Positions 1-8,267 of a DNA stretch of 56,869 nucleotides are shown one piece after another (the stretch's first letter is position 1; each line of letters starts with the position of its first letter). Source of the stretch: Rhodothermales bacterium (lineage in GTDB: Bacteria; Bacteroidota; Rhodothermia; Rhodothermales; JBHHWM01). The notes beneath the pieces were generated by a model. That model was not told the DNA's origin, ran no database searches, and was given only the letters and a program-made list of their open reading frames with translations. The DNA lies in the NCBI GenBank assembly GCA_046756545.1, contig JBHHWM010000003.1, positions 1 through 56,869 on the forward strand, given 5' to 3'. A program made the position numbers and the translations under genes.

Positions 1-50
1 ATCAAGTTGAAGCACCTGTACCCGACATTATGACCTTGCAAACCCACTAG
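1..50. mobile_element. Possible end of an insertion sequence or other foreign DNA, joined at a CTAG
   Basis: Positions 1-46 are 21/46 GC versus 37/50 GC at 51-100; the adaptor reading frame turns atypical (VGLQGHNVGYRCFNL) right after CTAG at 47-50, a tetranucleotide used as target by several IS families. No transposase visible. Confidence 0.3.
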
Positions 51-902
51 GTCGTGCCGGGTCTCTACGAGCCGCGTCTCCGGGACGGCCTCCGCGTCGA
101 AGAGCCGCTGTAGGCGATCCACATCGCGGCGCAGACGCTCAACACGAGCCTTTGCTTCAGCAAAGGAGTGGTCCCCCCCTGTGGGCGCAATGTGAGCAAG
201 CGTCTGCCCCTCCTGCACAACGTCGCCGGGAGCCGGAGCACGAAGGTTGGCCCGGGCCGGTAACAGCCCGCTCACAGGGGCCGCCACCTCGGCCATGCTC
301 CCGGCTGCGGGCAAAATCGTGCCGCTCACCTCCAGCGTGCGTGTCACGGCACGCTGCTCGACCTTCGCCACCCCAAACTCGACGGGCCACTGTTGCTCCT
401 TGAGAAAACTGATCGCATTGCCGGCGTCGGCTGCATCTTCATGCGGCACGTCTTCTTCCCTTGCATACACCGTGATCTCCCCGGCGTCGATGCGGTCGGT
501 AAGCTGGGGGCCGTCCACATCGATGATGACCCGATAGACACCGGGCTCGGGCAGACGGGGAGCCGGGACGAAGATGCCCGGACGGGCCGGCGCGTCGGAG
601 GTGACCCGGTAGCCTTGCCCGGATTCGCCCCGAAAGCGCACGGTCAGGCTCCCCTCCGTCACCGGTTTGAAATCACTGAGTCGCGTAAGGTGGATCGCCC
701 AGGGAGCCCCGTCGCCCCCCGCTACCATGGGCGGGTATTCGAAAAAGATCTCGGTCTTATCCGTCCACACCGTTACCGCGATGCCTGCATGTTGATGGTC
801 CTGTGCATCATCGGTGGGCGTTGCACTCCGGCCACAGCCGCCCAGGACAACGAGCAGCGCAACCAGCAGCCCGAGCGATCTTGTTATCCAAAGACTCTTC
901 AT
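1..902 (-). CDS. Heavy-metal efflux RND periplasmic adaptor (CusB/CzcB-like lipoprotein), 3' partial and probably interrupted
   Basis: Hand translation from ATG at 902 (absent from the ORF track because no stop lies in the window): MKSLWITRSLGLLVALLVVLGGC lipobox, then TVWTDKTEIFFEYPPMVAG and AISFLKEQQWPVEFGV...VAAPVSG, typical of metal-efflux adaptors; downstream of TolC. Adaptor-like sequence ends at ...ETRHDL (pos 48). Confidence 0.88.
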   Translation of the reverse strand, partial: MKSLWITRSLGLLVALLVVLGGCGRSATPTDDAQDHQHAGIAVTVWTDKTEIFFEYPPMVAGGDGAPWAIHLTRLSDFKPVTEGSLTVRFRGESGQGYRVTSDAPARPGIFVPAPRLPEPGVYRVIIDVDGPQLTDRIDAGEITVYAREEDVPHEDAADAGNAISFLKEQQWPVEFGVAKVEQRAVTRTLEVSGTILPAAGSMAEVAAPVSGLLPARANLRAPAPGDVVQEGQTLAHIAPTGGDHSFAEAKARVERLRRDVDRLQRLFDAEAVPETRLVETRHDLVGLQGHNVGYRCFNL

Positions 903-939
903 GGTCGATGCATGGTCTCTACGAACCACGCTACCCTGA

Positions 940-1188
940 TCATTCATGCGCGGGGACATCGTCGTGCGTATGCGTTTCGGGGCCGTGTTCGTGATCAATC
1001 GAAGTAGTGTCCGCGTAGGTGCCCGCCGTGTCCGCTATCGCCGAGGGGGTTTCGTGGGTGTGCGTGTCGGGGCCGTGTTCGTGGATCGCCTCGTCCGAGG
1101 TATGGTTTCCACCGCAGCCCGTCGTGCCGACGAACAACAGGATCGAGACGAAGACAGCGCTGAGGATCTTGAGAAGGCTGGTTTTCAT
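940..1188 (-). CDS. Small His-rich lipoprotein (82 aa), putative metal-binding protein
   Basis: ATG at 1188 gives MKTSLLKILSAVFVSILLFVGTTGC (signal peptide II); mature part has HEHGPDTHTH and HEHGPETHTH; lies between TolC and the adaptor. Confidence 0.75.
   Translation of the reverse strand: MKTSLLKILSAVFVSILLFVGTTGCGGNHTSDEAIHEHGPDTHTHETPSAIADTAGTYADTTSIDHEHGPETHTHDDVPAHE
961..1083 (-). repeat. Two 33-bp imperfect direct repeats (961-993, 1051-1083) encoding HEHGP(D/E)THTH
   Basis: gtcgtgcgtatgcgtttcggggccgtgttcgtg versus ttcgtgggtgtgcgtgtcggggccgtgttcgtg, 90 bp apart. Confidence 0.8.
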
Positions 1189-1220
1189 ACGTACTCGCTG
1201 TTTGTTGAGTAAGGGGTTCG

Positions 1221-2543
1221 TTAAAAGGATGCCGGAAATGGACTCCCTGCGGCACGAAGAACGTCGTAGTAACTCGTCCACGCCGCGGCGTGCAGGTCGA
1301 TGCCGGTGAGCCGGGCGTCTCGGTAGGCGGCGGCGGCGTCCAACAATTCGATCAGCGTCATCTCGCCTTCGCCGTAGCTGGTAAGCGCTATCTGTAAGAG
1401 GTCCCCCGTTTCGGCCAACAGGCCCTCCTGAATAAGCGCCACCCTCTCGCGAAGCGATGCATACACCGCGTATGTTTGCCGCACCTCGTTTTCTACCTGT
1501 TTCACCGCCAGGATATGACGCGTTTCGGCGGCGTGCAGGAGAGCCGTCTCGGCAGCAATCTGCCCGGTGTTTCGGTCGAAGAACGGAAGGGCCAGGGTCG
1601 CACCGACGAACGCTCCCTGGAAGCCGTCGGATTGCCGTTTGAAGCCTGCCGTCAGGTTTGGCTCCGGTCGGCGTTCGCGTCGGGCACGCATCAGCGACGC
1701 CTGCGACGCCTGCACTTCGGCCAGCACCGCCGCTACCTCGGGCCGGTTGGCCGGGGCACGGGAAAGCAGGTCGTCCAGCGCCAGGGCGGCAGGGGTCCCG
1801 GCCAGTCGATCCGCCGGAGCCAACGCCGTGGCGTCGCCTTCCGGGAAGACGAGCATCGCCAGCCGTCGCTGGACGGCCCGGCGGCGAAGTTCGGCCAGGG
1901 CCAGGGCGTTTTCGTACCGGGCGCGTTCTACTCGAATCCGCCGGAGGCTGTAGCCGGAGACCTCGCCTTCAGTGTGCCGGCTCGTCCAACTCGCCTCGGC
2001 GCGGCGAATCACGTCGGCCACTTCCCGTAACACGACCCGGCGTTCGTCCTCCGAGGCCACTTCGATATACGTGCGAATGACCTCGAACGCGAGGCGGAGG
2101 CTGTCCGCTTCCGTGCGAGCACGGGCCGCTGCCGTCAGCCGCTCCGCCGCCTCGATACGCGCCCGGCGCACCCCCGGCCACTCGATGCGCTGGCTGAGGG
2201 TGAAGTAGGATTCCGAGTAGGTAGTGCCGTCGTCAAAAAGCGGTTCGTGCGTGAAGGTCGCTGCAGGATTGGGATAGGCCGCCGCCTGCCTCGCCAGTCC
2301 GGCCTGGGCCGCCGCCTCGGCCTGCGCCACGCGAAGCGCCAGGCTATGTTGTGTGAACAATGCCAGGGCCTCCTCCAGCGTGACGAGCCGGGCCTCCTCC
2401 TGTGCCTTTACGGGTACGACGAGCAGGACACTCACGACCAGGAATCCTGCCATACGCATTGACCAAAAGCGGGGACCGATTCCTGTACCCGGCCGCTCAG
2501 GGCATCGTGTGGTGTTTACTTCAGCCTGACCGATGATACTCAC
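1221..2543 (-). CDS. TolC-family outer membrane efflux protein (CzcC/CusC-like)
   Basis: 440 aa; signal peptide, AYPNP motif, LALPFFDRNTGQI, YGEGEMTLIELLDA repeat motifs; alternative start 2459. Confidence 0.92.
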   Translation of the reverse strand: MSIIGQAEVNTTRCPERPGTGIGPRFWSMRMAGFLVVSVLLVVPVKAQEEARLVTLEEALALFTQHSLALRVAQAEAAAQAGLARQAAAYPNPAATFTHEPLFDDGTTYSESYFTLSQRIEWPGVRRARIEAAERLTAAARARTEADSLRLAFEVIRTYIEVASEDERRVVLREVADVIRRAEASWTSRHTEGEVSGYSLRRIRVERARYENALALAELRRRAVQRRLAMLVFPEGDATALAPADRLAGTPAALALDDLLSRAPANRPEVAAVLAEVQASQASLMRARRERRPEPNLTAGFKRQSDGFQGAFVGATLALPFFDRNTGQIAAETALLHAAETRHILAVKQVENEVRQTYAVYASLRERVALIQEGLLAETGDLLQIALTSYGEGEMTLIELLDAAAAYRDARLTGIDLHAAAWTSYYDVLRAAGSPFPASF

Positions 2544-3079
2544 CGCGATTCCTCACCCCCCTCGTGACCATGTTCGGCGCTTCCGACTTCGGGATGGGCC
2601 GTCCACCCGTCAAAGTCCGTGCTCGTCGCCCTGAGTTCGACGTCTCTCTTCTCACCGGGGCCGAGGTCGGCGGGCGTTGTCGGACCGAGTTCTACGCCGT
2701 TCGACAGGTGTACTTCGACGCGAACGCGTTCCAAGGTTTCGCCTGTGGTGTTTTCCACCGTGCCGATGAAGGCATGGCGCTCCGCATCGTAGGTCAAGAT
2801 CAGCCGGGCACCGTTTCGGGTCTGATCGTAGGTCTCGGTCAGGGCCAGTTCCACGCCTGATTCTTCGTCGCCGTCGTCGTGCGTGCCTTCGCTGCCGTCG
2901 TCGTGTTCGCTTCGGCCTTCTCGATCATGCTCGCCGCCGTCGCGGCGATGTTCGTCCTCGCTGGCCGTAAGGTTGCCTGCGTCTTGATGCTCGCCGGTTC
3001 TGGCTTCACCCGAACAACCGCCCATCACGACGGCCAACACGACCATCATCGCGGCAAACGTTCTCAGAAAGTGATTCAC
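2540..3079 (-). CDS. His/acidic-rich lipoprotein with C-terminal beta-sandwich (FxLYD-like) domain, function unknown
   Basis: Lipobox VMGGC; EH/HD-rich linker; GTVENTTGETLERVRVEVHL...W; 4-bp overlap with TolC start. Confidence 0.75.
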   Translation of the reverse strand: MNHFLRTFAAMMVVLAVVMGGCSGEARTGEHQDAGNLTASEDEHRRDGGEHDREGRSEHDDGSEGTHDDGDEESGVELALTETYDQTRNGARLILTYDAERHAFIGTVENTTGETLERVRVEVHLSNGVELGPTTPADLGPGEKRDVELRATSTDFDGWTAHPEVGSAEHGHEGGEESR

Positions 3080-3140
3080 AGCTTATCTTTTTAGGTTGGA
3101 AGCCTCCGTATACAGAATCCAGGAACCTACGACTACCCGC

Positions 3141-3173
3141 CTTAAACCTACCTTTTGCCTATCTTAAATTTTT
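3141..3173. promoter_or_regulatory. Three 11-bp-spaced direct repeats, candidate OmpR-family binding site
   Basis: cttaaacctac / cttttgcctat / cttaaattttt in the AT-rich divergent promoter region between the efflux operon and the regulator. Confidence 0.45.
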
Positions 3174-3189
3174 TAAAGGATTGACGTCT

Positions 3190-3957
3190 ATGCCTCATCC
3201 CATGCCCTCGACAGACATCCCCCGGCGAGACGCTACCGGTAAGCTGTTGCTGGTCGAAGACGAGATGACGCTGGCCGGCCCGGTCATGCGCGGCCTCGAA
3301 GAAGAAGGCTATACCGTGGACCTGGCCCAGGACGGCCTCGACGGTGAAGCGCGGGCGCTCAACGAGACCTATGACGTGCTGATCATCGACTGGCGCCTGC
3401 CTCGTCTGGACGGGCGGACACTCATCGAACGGCTCCGCAAACAAGGCTATACCCGGCCCATCTTGATGTTGACGGCTCTCCGCGATGTCGATCATAAAGT
3501 CGCAGGGCTGGATGCGGGAGCCGACGACTACCTCACCAAGCCCTTTTCCTTCGAGGAGTTGATGGCCCGGCTGCGGGCGTTGCTCCGGTGCCACCCGGCT
3601 CCCGCTCCCCTTCCTGCCGACCTCCGGCCCGTCCATTTGCACACCGGCCCCCTGGAGATAGACACGGCCCGGCGACAAGTTTTTTACAAACAGACCCCCC
3701 TCCCCCTCCGAACCAAGGAATACCTGCTGCTGGAACTCCTCCTGCGTCATCAAGGCCGGGTACTCTCCCGAAGTGTTATCGCCGAGCGTATCTGGGGATC
3801 GGTGTACGACGTGACCGACAATGCCATCGATGTCACCGTCTCCGGCCTGCGCCAAAAGCTGTCGGCTGCCGATCCGGTGCAGGGCGGCGTGACCGTAGAG
3901 ACCGTCCGGGGCGTTGGGTATTACTTGCGCGTGAACCCGGCTTCCGAGGGTTCCTGA
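3190..3957 (+). CDS. OmpR-family DNA-binding response regulator (CusR/CzcR-like)
   Basis: LLLVEDE, IIDWRLPRLDG, LDAGADDYLTKPF and winged-helix VTVSGLRQKL...TVRGVGY. Confidence 0.95.
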   Translation: MPHPMPSTDIPRRDATGKLLLVEDEMTLAGPVMRGLEEEGYTVDLAQDGLDGEARALNETYDVLIIDWRLPRLDGRTLIERLRKQGYTRPILMLTALRDVDHKVAGLDAGADDYLTKPFSFEELMARLRALLRCHPAPAPLPADLRPVHLHTGPLEIDTARRQVFYKQTPLPLRTKEYLLLELLLRHQGRVLSRSVIAERIWGSVYDVTDNAIDVTVSGLRQKLSAADPVQGGVTVETVRGVGYYLRVNPASEGS

Positions 3958-3983
3958 ATCGCCATCATAAAACGAGTTACACT

Positions 3984-5399
3984 ATGTCCGGGCTTCGCCT
4001 TCCTATCTCGGTACGACTGACGTTCTGGTATGGTCTGAGTCTGCTCATCATCCTCTCGGTGTTTGTGGTGTTCCTCTACACGAGCTTTCACGTGAGCCTG
4101 CACCGGGACTTTAGCGAGCAGATGGACCGGGCGCAGCAACTGTTGCGGCCTGTAATCCAAACCGAAACGGAAACACCGGTACTGATCCCCTCAAGTGACA
4201 TCCGGTCGGTGGCCTACCAAACCGACGGTGCCGCTGGAACCTATGTGCGCCTGTTGTCGCCGGACGGGACCGTTCTGTACCAGAGTCCGAATTTCGACGG
4301 GCACCAGGACTTCCGGCCTTCGGTGCCCCTTATCGCGACGGAAGCGTCCTTCAACCATACGTGGGAGGGAGCCCCGGCCCGTTCTCGCTACACCCCGGTT
4401 CACATGCAGTCAGGAGCCCTGCGCGGATGGTTGGAGATCACCCGGCTGGAATCGGCCATCCACCGCGAGTTGCACCGGCTGGAGTGGCTGCTCGCCGTAG
4501 GCGTCGTGCTGGGCGTGCTCGTAGCCATCGGCAGCGGCTACAGCCCGGCACGGCGTGCCCTGCGGCCCGTGGCTATGCTCACCGAGGCAGCCAATGATAT
4601 TCGCGTTACGGACTTGAACCACCGTCTACCCACCGACTTCGGCATGCGCGATGAACTCACCGACCTGGCCGACACGTTCAACGCCATGCTGGGCCGGCTC
4701 CAGGCCTCCTTCGAACGGGGACGCCGGTTCCAGGCCGACGCTGCGCATGAAATGTTTACGCCCCTCTCCGCTACGCAGAGCGAGATCGACGTAGCGCTGC
4801 GTCGGCCCCGCGAAGCCGCCTACTATAAACAAACCTTGCAGACCGTACGCGACCACACCCGACGCGTCAGCGGGATCCTCGACGGGTTGCTTCGGCTGTC
4901 CAGAGCCGAAGCCATCGAGCATTCGCAGGCCAGGACGGTGAACCTGGCTGAACTCGCCCGTCAGCACCTGGATTATTACGCATCACACGCCGAAGCCGGG
5001 CAGATTGCCTTGCAGCACGAGGTGGAACCGGACGCCTTCGTGCTGGCCGATCCCGGCCACGTCGAGACGCTGCTCGCCAACCTGATCGACAACGCCATCA
5101 AATACACGCCGCCGGGCGGCACGGTCCGCGTATCGATACGCGTGGACGACGAAACCATCGAACTCACCGTCTCCGACTCCGGTATCGGTTTTGACACAAC
5201 AGAGCGCGCGCATCTGTTCGACCGGTTCTATCGCTCGGACCAACCTGCCGTGCGGCAAACCCATGGAAGCGGTCTCGGCCTCTCTATCGTGAAGGCTATC
5301 GTAGACGGCTACGACGGGCGTATCCAGGCGCACAGCGAGGGTCCCGGCAGGGGAAGCACCTTCATCGTGCGTTTTCCGCGCCTGCAAACAACGCGATGA
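3984..5399 (+). CDS. Sensor histidine kinase with HAMP domain (CusS/CzcS-like)
   Basis: Two TM helices, HAMP, ADAAHEMFTPL H-box, NLIDNAIKY, DSGIG, FDRFYR, GSGLGL; ATG at 3984 in frame with ORF 3588..5399. Confidence 0.93.
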   Translation: MSGLRLPISVRLTFWYGLSLLIILSVFVVFLYTSFHVSLHRDFSEQMDRAQQLLRPVIQTETETPVLIPSSDIRSVAYQTDGAAGTYVRLLSPDGTVLYQSPNFDGHQDFRPSVPLIATEASFNHTWEGAPARSRYTPVHMQSGALRGWLEITRLESAIHRELHRLEWLLAVGVVLGVLVAIGSGYSPARRALRPVAMLTEAANDIRVTDLNHRLPTDFGMRDELTDLADTFNAMLGRLQASFERGRRFQADAAHEMFTPLSATQSEIDVALRRPREAAYYKQTLQTVRDHTRRVSGILDGLLRLSRAEAIEHSQARTVNLAELARQHLDYYASHAEAGQIALQHEVEPDAFVLADPGHVETLLANLIDNAIKYTPPGGTVRVSIRVDDETIELTVSDSGIGFDTTERAHLFDRFYRSDQPAVRQTHGSGLGLSIVKAIVDGYDGRIQAHSEGPGRGSTFIVRFPRLQTTR

Positions 5400-5472
5400 T
5401 GTTTCTCTTGTAAGCCACGACAACACAACGAAATAACCGCACGCAAATCGCCCGCCGTCCTCCCTGAATCCG

Positions 5473-5480
5473 TATATTGC
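5473..5480 (+). promoter_or_regulatory. Candidate Bacteroidota-type -7 promoter element (TATATTGC)
   Basis: Resembles TAnnTTTG; similar words at 16140-16147, 56628-56636 and (minus) 47469-47477, all upstream of gene starts. Confidence 0.3.
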
Positions 5481-5516
5481 GTTCGCCCTCTCACCCTTAC
5501 CTTCCGGGGTCCTCCT

Positions 5517-7088
5517 ATGCGCAAGCTCAACATTGGCGTTATCGACATTCTTGGCAAAACGACGAGCCGGCATCTCTTACGTCGCTTGAGGTCGCTGTTT
5601 ATACGGCCCAATAATCAGAGCATCATGCCGCAGGTCGTGGCCGTCTGGTGCGAAGAACTCGGCCACGACGTCTCGATGGCCTACTACAACGGCCCGGAGA
5701 TCATGGCCGGTGGCATCCCCGATGATGTCGACATGGTCTTTATCAACGCGTTCTCCCAAAATGCGTTGCTGGCCTACGCCCTGAGCAACTACTACCGCTC
5801 GAAGGGTGCCGTGACGGTCCTGGGCGGCCCCCATGCCCGCTCCTTTCCCGACGACACGATCAAATACTTCGACTATGCCGTCGGTTTCTGCGACAAAGAC
5901 CTGCTCGGCGACATCGTGCAAGACGGTGCGCCGCATCGCCCACGAGGACAATTTCTTTCGAGCCCGAAACAGCCCACACACCTACCCGGCGTGCGCCAGC
6001 GCTGGAAATTCATGACCCCCATCATGGAAAAAGCGCCGATGGTGAAGGCGATTCCGATGATCGGGAGCCTGGGCTGTCCCTACGTGTGCAGCTTCTGCAT
6101 CGACGCTCTGGTATCCTATCAGCCGCTGGAATTCGAGGCGTTGAAGGAAGACCTGCGCTTTGTCCTGAAGAACAAGCCGCCGCGCTCGCTCGTCGTCTGG
6201 CACGATCCCAACTTCGGGATCCGGTTCGACGACTACATGGGCCTCATCGAAGAGACCGTACCGCCGGGCCGCCTCACCTTTCTGGCCGAGATGTCGCTGT
6301 CGCTGTTGAAGGAGGAAAACGCCAGGCGGCTGGCGCGTAACGGCTTTAAGGCCCTCTTGCCGGGCATCGAGTCGTGGTACGACATGGGAGGGAAGTCGAA
6401 GTTGCGCTCGACGAAGGGCCTGGACAAGGTGAAACGCGTGGCCGATCAGGCCAACATGATCATGTCCTACATCCCCTACATGCAGGGCAACCTGATCTTC
6501 GGCCTCGACGCCGACGAAGGCCCCGAGCCGTTCGAACTGACGAAGCGGTTCGTCGATCTCGCGCCCGGCGTCTATCCCTATTTTTCACTCCTGACGGCAT
6601 TCGGACGTAATGCGCCGGACAACCTGGACTATCAACGCGAGGGGCGGGTGCTCAACATCCCGTTCCATTTCTTGAACCAGTTCCACGGGATGAACGTCCG
6701 TCCCAAAAACTATTCGTGGACGGCGTTCTACGATCACGTGTGCGATGCCTACGCGTATGCCTACTCCCGGGCGGCCATCACCAGGCGCTTCCGGGCAACC
6801 CGGCACCGGCCCACGCGCTACGAGCAACTCTTTCGCGGCCTGGCCTCCGAGCGCAAGTATAAGTTTGGCCATCACCTCAAGCTCCGGAAGCATCTGAATG
6901 ACCCCGCCACGCGGCGCTATTTCGACGGCGAGACGACGACGCTCCCGGCGTTCTATGTAGAAACGATCCGGCGCGACCTGGGGCCGCTCTGGGCGTGGCT
7001 GCCCGAAGGAGCCCTCTATCACAACCCCAATGCCTACCTCGATACCCTGAACGAAACGCCGGTGCCCGTACCGGCTCCCATGACGTGA
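5517..7088 (+). CDS. B12-binding-domain radical SAM protein
   Basis: GCPYVCSFC (CX3CX2C) cluster motif, N-terminal cobalamin-binding fold with TVLGGPHA, LIFGLDAD. Confidence 0.9.
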   Translation: MRKLNIGVIDILGKTTSRHLLRRLRSLFIRPNNQSIMPQVVAVWCEELGHDVSMAYYNGPEIMAGGIPDDVDMVFINAFSQNALLAYALSNYYRSKGAVTVLGGPHARSFPDDTIKYFDYAVGFCDKDLLGDIVQDGAPHRPRGQFLSSPKQPTHLPGVRQRWKFMTPIMEKAPMVKAIPMIGSLGCPYVCSFCIDALVSYQPLEFEALKEDLRFVLKNKPPRSLVVWHDPNFGIRFDDYMGLIEETVPPGRLTFLAEMSLSLLKEENARRLARNGFKALLPGIESWYDMGGKSKLRSTKGLDKVKRVADQANMIMSYIPYMQGNLIFGLDADEGPEPFELTKRFVDLAPGVYPYFSLLTAFGRNAPDNLDYQREGRVLNIPFHFLNQFHGMNVRPKNYSWTAFYDHVCDAYAYAYSRAAITRRFRATRHRPTRYEQLFRGLASERKYKFGHHLKLRKHLNDPATRRYFDGETTTLPAFYVETIRRDLGPLWAWLPEGALYHNPNAYLDTLNETPVPVPAPMT

Positions 7089-7104
7089 CGGGAAGAGGGA
7101 TCGA

Positions 7105-8262
7105 TCAGAAATAAAACTGAAGGGCACCAAAGAAGACATGCTCTTGCGCTCCGAACTCGGTGTCGCTCTTGCCGATGAAGAAGTACGTGCTGGCAAGCAG
7201 GTCCAGGTTCTCGGCCAATGAGTACGTAAACGAAGGACCGATGAGGCTGCTCTGGTCGTCCAGGTTAACGAGGCTGTAGGCCGCACCGCTCAGCAACGGC
7301 GTGATGGACCTGGCCACCGACGCAGCCAGATAGTCCCGCGCCACATTGAACGTTTCGCCGGCCAGGAGTGCCGCCACGTCGTACTGGCCCTTGTCGCGTG
7401 TGCCCTGGCCGTTGTAATACCATTCCACGAGCACGTAGTAGCCGCCGGAAAACGTATAGTCGGCATTCAGCACGGCGCGCAGGTGATTGCGGCCGTCCTG
7501 CTTCCAGGTATAGGCCACCTCGCCGCGAAAACCGGCATTGCCCAGGTATCCGGCGAAATCGCCCCCCAGCACCCAGTCGTCGCGGAAAAGCCCGCCCATC
7601 ACCGACACGTCGTATTCGCGCCAGTTGGTACTGGCCCGGAGCGCAGCGCTGGTCCGGTCGCGGTGGCGGCCCGGTGCCACGACGGCCTCGACGCGGGAGA
7701 AGGCTCCCAGCGGAATCGCTACGTAGGCGGCATCGACCCCTGCTTTCTCTCCCAGTTCGATGGCGCTCGGGTTGAACGGGTTCAGCACGTCCGTCGGGTT
7801 CCAGGCAAAGCCGGTGCCCCAGGCAATACGCTGGCGTCCCACGGTCACCTGGGTTTGCCCGAGGTACAGCGTGGCAAAAGCCCGAAAAAATTGCTGGCGC
7901 AGGTGATACCGTTTGCCCTCTGCCACCTTCCAGTCGAGATCGAAGAACGTAGGGCGCTCCAACGACTGGCCCAGGGCAAACTCCGGCGTATCCAGAAAGC
8001 TACCGAGGAGCAACTCGGTATCGAGCCAGAGTTCGGCGTGGAAGCCTCCGCCCACGCCGAGCAACCCCTGTGCGCGTAGCCGGCTGATATCCAGCAGGTA
8101 GGCCTCGTTCGAAAGGATCGACGAGGAGCGAATGCCGAGGTTCTTGGCATATCCCCGGAGTTCCAGCGTCGTTTGCGCTGCGGCCCCCGTCCCTCCCCCC
8201 GACAGCATCCCGACCAGGACCCCGAGAAAGCAGCAGATGCTATACCGAACCGACCTCGTCAT
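7105..8262 (-). CDS. Outer-membrane beta-barrel protein associated with Lol-like ABC system
   Basis: Signal peptide, VGRQRIAWGTG...NPTD, alternating aromatic strands, C-terminal LQFYF. Confidence 0.75.
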   Translation of the reverse strand: MTRSVRYSICCFLGVLVGMLSGGGTGAAAQTTLELRGYAKNLGIRSSSILSNEAYLLDISRLRAQGLLGVGGGFHAELWLDTELLLGSFLDTPEFALGQSLERPTFFDLDWKVAEGKRYHLRQQFFRAFATLYLGQTQVTVGRQRIAWGTGFAWNPTDVLNPFNPSAIELGEKAGVDAAYVAIPLGAFSRVEAVVAPGRHRDRTSAALRASTNWREYDVSVMGGLFRDDWVLGGDFAGYLGNAGFRGEVAYTWKQDGRNHLRAVLNADYTFSGGYYVLVEWYYNGQGTRDKGQYDVAALLAGETFNVARDYLAASVARSITPLLSGAAYSLVNLDDQSSLIGPSFTYSLAENLDLLASTYFFIGKSDTEFGAQEHVFFGALQFYF

Positions 8263-8267
8263 GGCGC

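Noticed and set aside
15-26. cctgtacccgac resembling a group II intron 3' end
   Set aside because: Too short; no domain V visible and the junction with the host gene lies at 47-50, not at 26.
3588-3983. Long N-terminal extensions in the ORF track (also 38701-38961, 41935-42066, 51955-52296, 54088-54168)
   Set aside because: They overlap neighbouring genes, promoters or a terminator and are low-complexity; downstream starts give proper signal peptides or domain starts.
5397-5402. TGA TGA at the kinase end as possible selenocysteine or readthrough
   Set aside because: The HATPase domain is complete before the stop and no SECIS-like hairpin or conserved extension follows.
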